The notes under the pieces were generated by a model, which worked only from the letters and a program-made list of their open reading frames with translations, did no database searches and was not told the DNA's origin. Position numbers and translations under genes: made by a program. Positions 38,375 through 48,635 of a stretch of 64,000 nt of DNA are shown here, one piece after another; within the stretch, counting starts at the first letter, position 1, and each line of letters begins with the position of its first letter. Origin of the DNA: Psammoneis japonica (lineage: Eukaryota); NCBI GenBank assembly GCA_008632985.1, contig QPGO01000157.1, forward strand, positions 1 to 64,000, in the 5' to 3' direction.

Positions 38375-40180
38375 ATGAGTCAAGAGCGTGCTCCGAATGC
38401 TGCGCAGAACGAGGATGATGAACATCTCTTTCAAGCGGTGGAATGTCTCAGTGAAGAATCGATGGATTCTGTGTCGCCCTTGCTATGCCCATCAGGTACA
38501 TCTCGACCGTTGAAACATCTCCACAAGTCAACCATCATCTCAGCAGTATCCGTTACGTCGCATAAGGTCCAGATCCCTTGGTAACATACTGTCAACACTA
38601 TCGCCTTCACTGCTCTTTCCAAGTAATCACGAACTTGGACAATCGGACCGCTCCGCATTTCTCTCTGCAGACTCTGACGTTGCCGACGATGCTGAATGCA
38701 GTGGAGGAGTCTGCGAAACTGCTTGGGGAATAAAAGGACAATCATGACACCATAACGACCGATCCTGTGCCTTTTTCTCAACAGAGACAGAGCGATGCTG
38801 ACGAAAACAATGTTTTCAAGCGAAAAGAGCCGAATCCAATTTTGGTTTCCATACTCTACGGACTCATCAACACCAGCATTGTACTACCGTATGTACCCGT
38901 CCTCATGTCGTTTGGGAGCATTATTTATTGCGATCCCGTCTTTGCTCCGTACATGTCAAGTTTGATCAAGCTCACAATAGTATCGGGTATGGTTCATCAA
39001 GTTTGTTTTTCGTCTCTGTCGACTTTGCCTTTTGCCGTGGAACAAGTGCAGGATGCGGGTCTTATCTTTTTGTCACAAATGGCTCGGACCATGGCTCAGT
39101 ACTGTAAGAATAATATTTACGCTGACGACGAAATGCTGGCAACCATCACGGTTGGGTTGGGGCTTTCTACTGCTTTTGTTGGGATGCGGTCTAATTCTGA
39201 TTGGCAAAGCACAACTCGCGCAGTGGGTTCAAGCCTTACCTACACCCGTGGTGGGAGGATACCTCGCATTTATTGGCTGGTTCTGCGGACTATCTGCTTT
39301 CAAGCTCATGTGCATTGATATCGACGACACGAATGCTGATTCTCTTTTTGAGTCACAGTGGATGTTTTGGTTGCCGGGTGTTGCTGGGGGGTTGTTGATT
39401 TACGTGCTTATCAGATCACTGCGACGTATGGCGGTGTTGCCTAGATGCATCCTCTTTATTCTGATGTTGTTCTATGCCAGTCTTTGGATAACAAACACAT
39501 CCATAGCTCAAGCTACAGAACTGGGATGGATCACGCATTTGTGGTATTATACTTGGGACTATGTCCGGTTGAACAAGGTTTGTTTGGTCAGCCTTGCCAC
39601 AACAAGCACTTACGTTGTGCAGCATGATTTTTGTCGTTGCTATTTCTAGTAGCTTGGATGTCGCGGCGATTGAATTGGAACTCAAGAACCAGCCGCTAGA
39701 CTACAATCGGGAACTGCAAATGGTGGGAACGAGTAATTTGGTTTCAGGACTGGCGGCCGGGTATACTGGAAGCTACATTCTTAGTCAAAGTGTCTTTTCT
39801 CTTCGAGCGGGAATCACTTCAAGATTAGCTGGTTTCGTTATCGCCGGCTGCGAATTGATTGTCTTTGTTCTCCCCTTCTCGGTTTTGTCGTTTGTTCCCA
39901 ACTTCTTTTTTGGAAGTCTCTTGATCATGATTTGCATTGATCTAATGTACGAATGGCTATGGGACGTTCGATCAAAATTCACGAGTGCGAGCTACATTAC
40001 ATGCCTTGGTACCTTTGGTTTGATCCAGGTGTTGGGGGTCGAGTATGGTATCATTGCCGGAGCTTGTCTGTACTTGCTGGCATTCAAGTTTGGATTCAAC
40101 ATGAGTGATCGTAGCACCGTTGACAACGACGTCAGAAATGCTACGACATATCATCAACTTGCGTCGAAGCTAGATTCCTA
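38375..40180 (+). pseudogene. SulP/SLC26 anion (sulfate/bicarbonate) transporter, disrupted
   Basis: QVQDAGLIFLS, LPTPVVGGYLAFIG, SSSLDVAAIE, DYNRELQMVGTSNLVSG...GYTGSYI. Frameshifts at ~39180 and ~39590, stops in the 5' part, no STAS domain seen. Confidence 0.88.
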
Positions 40181-40417
40181 TCCAATCAGGGCACGGCAAG
40201 ACGCAGGAAAAATAGATGATGTGGCTTGCGAGAAATCCCAGGGAACCCCGTGCGAAGTACCAAGGATAAGTTGTTGGATACCAAGGATGTGCAGTGGGCA
40301 CTCAGCGCTTCTCCAAATCGCTTCCCTCAGGCAGCGAGCTACTCTGATATACGGCGCTATTACTCGTGGCGGCGTCTCTAAAGCGAAGTCAAATAGTACC
40401 AGGTAGGGCGTCGTCTT

Positions 40418-40598
40418 GAACTGCTTTATCGTCCCTTGAGATTGACGCATGAGGGCGTCCTGAGACATCTCTAGATAGTCCATGCGCATGCTCTCTGGAA
40501 AGACACAAACAGCAGAAAACAACTACGAGTACAAGCATTCCATACCATGTAGGCGATTGCAACTGCAAACGATTCAAGAACATTAGCTACAAGCATCC
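40418..40598. repeat. Unmutated inverted homolog of 2856-3054
   Basis: Direct alignment; retains TA and CG sites lost in the other copy. Confidence 0.9.
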
Positions 40599-41642
40599 AC
40601 TCAAGGACGTCCCCTCTCGAAGCGACTTTTGAAGAAGAGCGTCACCATTGGCGTTTTTTGCGCTTCTGGTTGATAACACAAAAGATGCTACCGCCGTCAG
40701 TCCAAAAACAAAAAAAGACCTTTCAATAAAATAGGTTTGCACCGTACCGTACTGTCCACGGCCAATGGTGCTTTTTCAGTCCCAAAAGGGATTCATCGAG
40801 TCCGACAAGATCGAACGGCAAGCATTGCGATGGACGATACTTACAAGACAAAGTCGATGCTCGAAGGACATCGTACCGATGCTTGAAGAACTACACACTG
40901 AGTTAACAAAGCCTACGTTGCGATTGTAGAAGGTATGAGCTTTACGCATGTGCATTTGAACGTGCGGCTTCAAAACTCTCCGTACGCCTACCGAATTTGC
41001 TAACACAACCATACTATTTTTTTTTGTTTCTTTGAAACCCCACAGAAATCTTTCCGACTAGTAAAGGTATTAAAATCATCAAGTACTCCATTGCAGAAAC
41101 AAGTCTGGATCCGTCCACGGTGCAAGCACCACACTGACTGTCCACGGCCAATCTTGCTTTTTCAGTCCCAAGAAGGAATCATTGAATCAGGCATTGAGCT
41201 TTCCATCGCCAAAAAGCTGAATCCAAAATGTTGAATATGGAGGTACGTGCTGTGCGTTATATGTGCCGAACTGCAGGCGCCACGAAGATTCTGTTGGATA
41301 GAATATCGCTGCTCACCCGAAACTTACCGATCGATACGATCACAAAAGCAACTGCACCATGCTCATTCATACACACGGATCCAGAGTATGGTCAGAAAAG
41401 CCGCTGCCAGACTCAATTCTTCCATTCGGGAACTTGTAAAGCAAGCAAAGGCAAGTGTGAGTGTTACTACCTGCAGTCCTTTCCGAACCCAGTCTTCTTC
41501 CCGCCTCGCCACTTCCCCGATTCTTTTTCTCTCTTCTACAAATGCTCCACTCCTTGTCTCTAACTCCAGCTCCTTTCTCGCTATCTCTAATTCCCGCTCT
41601 TCTCTCTTCCCGTGTTTTTCTTCTTTCCCGCATGCACTCGAA

Positions 41643-43428
41643 CTACCCAACGGCGTCATGTCGCCGGTTCAAGATTCTAGCGGACCTTCGAACAGTTCTC
41701 CCATCGGCAGAGAGGACATACACGCTTCCCAAAGCTGCTCTAAGCCGAACAGACCGCCTTGGAATGATTGAATCCGTAATGAGGGATGTAGGTGCTTGAA
41801 CGTGTTGACCTTCTGTCTGTTCCGTCTCCACCAACAACTCGTCTCCACCATGCTGGTCTGGAAGGTTCTCATTGCCTTCGTCGGCAGGGATCTCTTGTGC
41901 CGAAGGTACCACCACTGCTGACGCCGTCTCGTGGATAGGATCGTCGCTGTCAGAAGCACGGTGATCCGTAATGAGGGATTCCCGCACTTCGACACGCCCT
42001 TCTTCTTCTCGATCTTCTCCCAAGACTTCAGGCAAGCCATTGTGTTGATTTGGAACGGAAGCCTCATCGTCGGACGGAACCTCGCACGCTGAAGGCACCG
42101 CCATTGCTGATGCCATATTGTGGAAGGGACCATCCTTGTCCGAAGCAGGCAAGTGAGACCCTTCCAATTGTTGTTCACCAATCAACACTTCGTGCAAGTC
42201 ATTGTGATGATCTGGACCAAACGCATCGAAATCGGAAGGGTCATCTTGGACGTGATCATCATCTAAAAGAATCGCATCGAGAGGATTCTCTGCCGCAACA
42301 GATGCAATGGAAGATGTCTCGTGTTGACTCGATGTATCAGGTGCAAGCTGTGATTGTAGAGAGTAAAGTAGAAGTAGAAATAGGTTTTAGTCAATTGTCA
42401 ACGAAAAGGAGCGATAATGCAACGATAAAATGACTTACACTCTGACTGCTCTCCTCAGGACTAGCGCTGAGTCTACCGGTAATACCACCGCATACGTCAT
42501 CTTGATCACGTGTGATAATGCGTCGTTTCCGAGAACCCAATGCTCTGCGCTGATACTTCCTTTTGTCGCCGGAGAAGGTGTCTATGAAACGTTCATTCGA
42601 TGATTCTTGAACAGACAGCTTCTCCATAACGTACAATGAATGGTCAGGCTTGGAGTGCTCATCCATACGGCGTTTCCTCGGGGCACGGATAGTCTTTGGG
42701 TGGAGGTCTCGACGCGTGCGAGGAAAGCAAGTGTCGTTCACACATGAACAAGGCTTTGGACGTCCCCAGCCGAATGCTAGATGGTTGTTTCCATTGTCAC
42801 TACTCTCCTTGTGAATGGAACCAACAAGAACGCTGTCACCAACTTGCTTGTAGGAAGTCCGACGACGTTTGCGTGAACCAAGTTCCGTACTGCATGTGTG
42901 CCGAAACCACCTCTTGTGACCACAACTCGGATCGACAAACAAGCATTCGCTCGAAGACTGGCCAGCAATCTGTTGCACAACACTTGCAAAGTGATCGTGC
43001 TGGGAGCTCTCATTATAACATCGGAGTAGCGATGACTCGTCTGAACCCAAGTATATCGGTGACCAATCTGAAAGCTCCGGCTGAACTTCCAGACGAGATG
43101 GTTTCGAAATGCCTTGTCGTGATTCCTGCTCGGATGTTGTTGAGGATGCATTGATGCCCGTCGATTCGTCCAGCAAGTACACGTTGGAGGTATCGTGTTT
43201 GCTTGGAATGACGCTCAACTGAACCGATGACTGCCATTGGAGACGTTTCGAAGGACGTCCGCTTGTCGAAAGCTTCATGTCGCGGGAAACCTCGTCTTCG
43301 GTCAACAGCCTGCTGCGTTTGTCGCCGACGCTCATGCGAGCCCGCCCCATGCTCTCCATTGGAACGGTACGGGAAGAAAGGTTGTATCTCATTGTTTGTT
43401 TGGACATTGTGGATGTGCTTGAAAGCAT
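41643..43428 (-). CDS. Intact two-exon orphan protein (~564 aa); exons 43428-42439 and 42347-41643
   Basis: 990 bp + 705 bp open frames joined in phase by a 91 bp GTAAGT...CACAG intron conserved in copy 1. Ends RRSVRLRAALGSVYVLSADGRTVRRSARILNRR. Confidence 0.75.
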
Positions 43429-44700
43429 CGTGAGATTGTGTGGTTTTTGCGTGAAGAAGAGATCATCATCTTGTTTGAAACACGAGTGGGTTTGATTTTT
43501 TGTGACATCAGGTTCATCGTAGAAATATACGAGAATATCATACCACAGAACTGTTTCCAAAATGTCCGATCGCCAAAAACAACATCAAGTTTAAAAAAAT
43601 ATACTGGTATACGTGACTTAAGGATACATTTTGAGAAACAGCTAGCCGGCCGCGGCCGGCCAGGAGAAATTTGGGAGGTCTGTCAGTGGTGCGGACGAGG
43701 AAAACGAAAAATTAAAATTCCACGAAGAACGCAGAATTTGCGTAGCCACCATGGCGAATTTGCGTCGCGTCCACCGTCGTTGCCACCGTTTTTCACAAGG
43801 TGAGTCACTCGTGATGTTGTCGTCATTTATCTTTAGCACCATTTACGTGTTGGATCGATTTTGACAAGTGCCACTCCACGCAAGAAAATCGGTTTCGACT
43901 CCTTCGGTGTGTGAGTCTGTGAGTCTGCTGCTGTTGTCGTCGTTCCGGTATGTTTCGTCGAGTTTGTTATTATTTCCCTCCTCTCATCCCTTTACCTATG
44001 CCTCATTCGTTTCATAATAAATATAGATAAAAGGCGCTGATGTGTGGGGCACCTTTGGAGTGTTTGAGACGAGCTCTGGACGTCGCGGCTCGTGGTTGGT
44101 GTGTTTCCAAAAGACGTTAGCGGTCCGGCACTTATTCTGTTTCTTTCGGGATACTGATATTGTTCAACGTGCAACATTTGCAAACCACCAAGATCCAAGC
44201 ATTGCAACTCATGCAATGTCTGTGTTTATAATTTGATCAGTACGTATATCTTATCGTTGGGGTCTGGCTTTTGCAAATGATAATATCTCTATGCATTTCA
44301 CTCAGTCGTTTTGCAAAGCGAAAGATTATTTGTTACTTTGAGCGCTTCTCCTTGTGCCCACCATGCATTTCTATGTTTTTCTCTCAAACTCTTTGTAAAA
44401 TTACTGAAATAACGAATCTGATCCGTACAGGTAAGACGGATCTCTCAAAGCCTTCCAGTTGTGATGGTAGAATCCATTAGATGGAGAGTTGTCCTGGCCC
44501 GCGACGCCGAAGAAATCAGGATCTGCTGCAACGCAATCCCAGTAATCGTTGAGACCCTTTTGCGTCCACGGTATGGGCATGGGGGAAGCGGAATGATCAT
44601 GTACATGGACGGTACGTTGTCTGGATGATGTTTTCGTCAGCACATCTTGTTTCTCTAGAAACTTATTATAAGCACCGCTATCCCCAAAAGAAGCGGGGCG

Positions 44701-46274
44701 ATGAGAAACATGATGTATAATCTGCCGAGCGAACGACAAACTTTGTTGTTTTCTGCAACGCAGACGAAACGAGTTTCTGATTTGGCTGCCTTGTCGTTGA
44801 AAACGCCTAAATACCTTGGTGTACACTACAAGGAGTCAACATCTACTCCATCCAATCTGGTTCAGTCTTTCGTTGTGGTTCTCCTCGAGCACAAGCTCAA
44901 CATGGTGTATTCCTTTATCAAGTCACATCTCAAGTCAAAATCGATTATATTCTTGGCGTCATGTTCCCAAGTACGCTTTGCGTGACAGCTCTTTTGTGTG
45001 CTTCATCCCGGTACTCCCGTCATGGCGTTGCATGGCAAGCTGGTGCAAACCAAACGAACCTCTATTTATTTTGACTTTGTACATCGACCAAAGGCCGTCT
45101 TAATTGCCACAGATGTCGTGGCGCGCGGGCTACCGGTAGACTTTGTAAGCGTCGATTGGGTGGTTCAAGTGGATGCGCCCAAAGAACAAGACATGTATAT
45201 TCAACGTGTCGGACGAACAACACGGTACAATTGTGGTGGAAAGTCGTTGTTGCGTGTCACGCCACAGGAATAAGCCGGCATCTTGGAATTGCTGAGCAAG
45301 TCTCTCGTGCCGTTGAAAAAGCTGGCCATGAACCCATCCAAGACGGTTCTTTTTACCCAACATGCAGCCTCGCTTGTCGCGTCAATCCTAAGCCACAATC
45401 GCTCGCCAAAAATGCATTTCAGTCTTATCAACGATCGATTCATATAATGCCAAACAAGGACATCTTCAAGGTGAATGACTTGACCGTGGACGAGTTTGCC
45501 CCTTCTCTGGGACTACGCTTTGAAATCAAGGATCGAACGCAAGTGCGCTAATCCAAAAACGTCGATCACAAGCTTCAAAAGCTCAAAGAGCGAGCCAAGG
45601 CGGAAAAGTTGGCGAAAAAGATTGCTAAGCTCCACTACAAGAAGCGTCCGCTGGAAAGCACAAACAAGGAGGAAAAAGAAGAGGACGACCTGTTGGTTGT
45701 AAAGCAACGGCACGAGTGGAGCCATGAGGATGTACCGGTAGACGCAACCGAGGGTGGCATTCATGAAGTTAACAAATCTCGAAAGGCCACGAGAATCAAG
45801 GTCGATGGAGGCTCAGATATCAAGAATACTCGAATCGTCTTTGATGACGATGGGCAGGAACAGGATCCTACCATGCTTTCTTTGAAAAATACGGACACCA
45901 TGCATGAGGAACGGGACTCATTGGCGGATGCTTATGTCGACAAGGTGCGTCAGCGGTTGGAGGATAATATGAAGCAGGGTCGTCGACAGGAAAACGAGCG
46001 AGTACGGGAAATGCACAAACAGAAACGAATCAAAGCAAAGGGTGCTTTGGATGAGCAGCAGCAGGATACTGGCATGATGGTGACTCTTGGTGGACATAGT
46101 GACGACGAGGTGTCTTCTAGTTCTAGTAGTAGCAGCAGCAGCAGCAGCGACGAAGAGAGCGATTCAGAATCGTCGTCGTCGTCATCAAGTAGCGGTGACC
46201 AGGATACTGGCGGCAGCATTGACATCAAGGTGCAAGAAGACATGGCTCTGGCCATGATTCGAAAAAGCTTGTAG
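44701..46274 (+). pseudogene. DBP4: DEAD-box RNA helicase DBP4/DDX10, 5'-truncated and disrupted
   Basis: RQTLLFSATQT, SFIKSHLKSKSIIFLASCSQVRF, LHGK, ATDVVARGL, VDWVVQVDAP, YIQRVGRT. In-frame TGA (~44983) and TAA (~45271), frameshifts, no Q/I/II motifs. Confidence 0.9.
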
Positions 46275-47039
46275 CTACCGTGTTGGACCTATGAGAACAC
46301 GGAAATACGTCTGATTTCCTTCGTGTAGTAATTTTTCATGGCAACATAGAATTACTTCGTACGCAAGCTTTACACAATATCTGACGACACAGGACGGGAA
46401 TACAAAATTAAAGTACCACTACACAGTTAAACCCCGGTCCTACTAATATTACTAGACGCCACGGAATACGTAGCAACAATGGAGCCGCTATCCTTTGACG
46501 TCCGATTCCGTTTTGTCACTACTACCGTATTTTAATTCATATTTCTCCGCATCCGACATTCAAAGTTATAGGGGTTGGTCCCACGGGTCTCGAGCAGATA
46601 CGAACAGAGTATTCTTGATGTTGAAAGACCAATCATGCCTGGTACACATTTTGTTTGAAAAAACGTAAGTTGCGGGGCGGGACCCACGGTTACTTGAACC
46701 TTAGTAGTTCAACAAGGACTGTCTGTCGTACATATCGTTTCAAGTCGGGTGGTCGAACCGGGTAAAGGGCATATTTCTATGTTGTGAAATGAAAACAAAA
46801 AACAGGTCAGTAAACAAGTCTCGCATGAAAAGGGAAAGGAGGCACGAAATTGACTTACATTGGGGGTGCAATCGAATGTAACGTGACACAACGAGTGCAC
46901 CCCATGGTACACGACAAAGTCGTGCAATGTTGGCGAGTCTTTGATGCGCATCAAAGCTGCATTGTACCGTAAAATGGAATCGAGAGATGCCCCCGTGCAT
47001 GCTCGATTTCCAAGGGTACAAAAGAAGCAGTTAATGAAT

Positions 47040-48635
47040 CTAGCGGCGACTCATGATCCTTGCGGATCTACGCACGACACGCCCGGTATTCGACGAAAGA
47101 AAGACACTGCCAGTGGCTTGACGGAGCCTAGGCGAGCGTCTCAATGGGACAGTGTGGGCTTTCTTTTCCTTGTTTCTCACAAGTACAGCATCAGGAACAA
47201 CATCCTCCTCTGTCACTGGATTGTTGTCGGCAGCCATATCCTGAATGTCGAATGTATCGTCAGGCTCCTCCGCTACAACTCCAAGAACGACTTCCTCGTC
47301 GTCTTGTGTAGCCATCGCATGATCGTCCGTGGCGTCAGCAACAGCAGGTTCCTCAACGTCAGCACCGGGAACGCCCACCCCCGCATCGACTGGAGCATTG
47401 CCAATAGCCATAGCAGGTTCCTCAGCATCAGCAACAGGAACGCCGACCTCCGCATCGACTGGAGCATCGTCAATAGCCATAGCAGGTTCCTCAGCATCAG
47501 CAACAGGAACGCCCACCTCTGCATCGACTGGAGCATCGTCAATAGCCACAGCAGGTTCCTCAACGTCAGCACCGGGAACGCCCACCTCCGCATCGACTGC
47601 AGCGTCGTCAACAGCCACAGCAGGCTCGTTCAAGGCATCCCAAGGCTCTTCAGCAGCAGCAGCAGCAGCAGGAACTACTTCTGCCGCCGCAATAGGATTG
47701 TTTTCCATAGCATCAGCCGGTTCAATCGCCACTGCAGTCCGTACCCAGCCCCGCCAGTGATCATATATTGGGTGAGTTTGATATTCACGAATATACAGGT
47801 TTTGTTTCGAGTCAAACTCAAGCAGTGCCGCAGTCAACTGCTGATCATTCAGGACGGGAATAATACGAGTGTAACGTGGACGTCGAAGAACAGGTTTAGC
47901 AACCACGCCGGTATGGGTTGGGGGAAGGTCGCCGACAAAGACATTCCTGACCAGTTCTTCGTCCGGCAGCCACTTTAAATGCGGCTGACGATACTGCCGA
48001 GCCAGCTTGTCTTGCTCCTTGTCGATTCGTCTCAATGCAAAGTCCAACCTCTGATCCAATAGCACTGGAATCTTGGTTGTATACTTTGGATATCGAAGAA
48101 CTTTTGGAGCAGCCACGCCGGTTCGGACGGGACGATCGTGAACGACACCGTACAGGTTCTCCAGTCCTGCAGGTCTCCATCTGACACGCCCGCGACCAAA
48201 GCATTTGCGTTTCCAGAAGAGTACCCAAAGGATCACAAATTGAAAAGCAATGTAGACGAAGTAGAAGAACCAATACACGGTCCATACAACCACAGCAACC
48301 GCGAGAGCAGCCGCAACAGCATCGCACGCTCGATTCCAAAAAAGAGTCGTCAGGTCGTCAATTTCCATAATTCGGCGGTACAGAAAATAGACAACCGACT
48401 TCAACGAGGAGTATACGAACAACACAGCATATAAAGCGAGGAGAGCTGTACAGACTCCTACAATGAAGGACGCCAGTTCTTCAATCATGCAGCGGATCCC
48501 GTCCATTGCAACGCACGAGAATATCCAAAGTTCCCAAAGAAAACCGCTGACGATTCGGCCGTGGTTCTGCTTACCGTGAAATATGCGTAGCAGGAGGTTC
48601 ATAAAGAGAATGAGTAGTGCAATATATGCAATCAT
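47040..48635 (-). CDS. 531 aa orphan: N-terminal transmembrane helices, duplicated basic motif, acidic 23-aa tandem repeats, RRSPRL/RRSARI tail
   Basis: Single long ATG-started ORF in normal-composition DNA with a coherent modular layout. Confidence 0.75.
   Translation of the reverse strand: MIAYIALLILFMNLLLRIFHGKQNHGRIVSGFLWELWIFSCVAMDGIRCMIEELASFIVGVCTALLALYAVLFVYSSLKSVVYFLYRRIMEIDDLTTLFWNRACDAVAAALAVAVVVWTVYWFFYFVYIAFQFVILWVLFWKRKCFGRGRVRWRPAGLENLYGVVHDRPVRTGVAAPKVLRYPKYTTKIPVLLDQRLDFALRRIDKEQDKLARQYRQPHLKWLPDEELVRNVFVGDLPPTHTGVVAKPVLRRPRYTRIIPVLNDQQLTAALLEFDSKQNLYIREYQTHPIYDHWRGWVRTAVAIEPADAMENNPIAAAEVVPAAAAAAEEPWDALNEPAVAVDDAAVDAEVGVPGADVEEPAVAIDDAPVDAEVGVPVADAEEPAMAIDDAPVDAEVGVPVADAEEPAMAIGNAPVDAGVGVPGADVEEPAVADATDDHAMATQDDEEVVLGVVAEEPDDTFDIQDMAADNNPVTEEDVVPDAVLVRNKEKKAHTVPLRRSPRLRQATGSVFLSSNTGRVVRRSARIMSRR
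47340..47630 (-). repeat. 69 bp coding tandem repeat x4 (EEPAVAIDDAPVDAEVGVPVADA)
   Basis: cagcaggttcctca...gcatcgactggagcat units visible directly. Confidence 0.95.

Noticed and set aside
46941..47978. 345 aa plus-strand ORF
   Set aside because: Antisense shadow of the repetitive 531 aa minus-strand gene.
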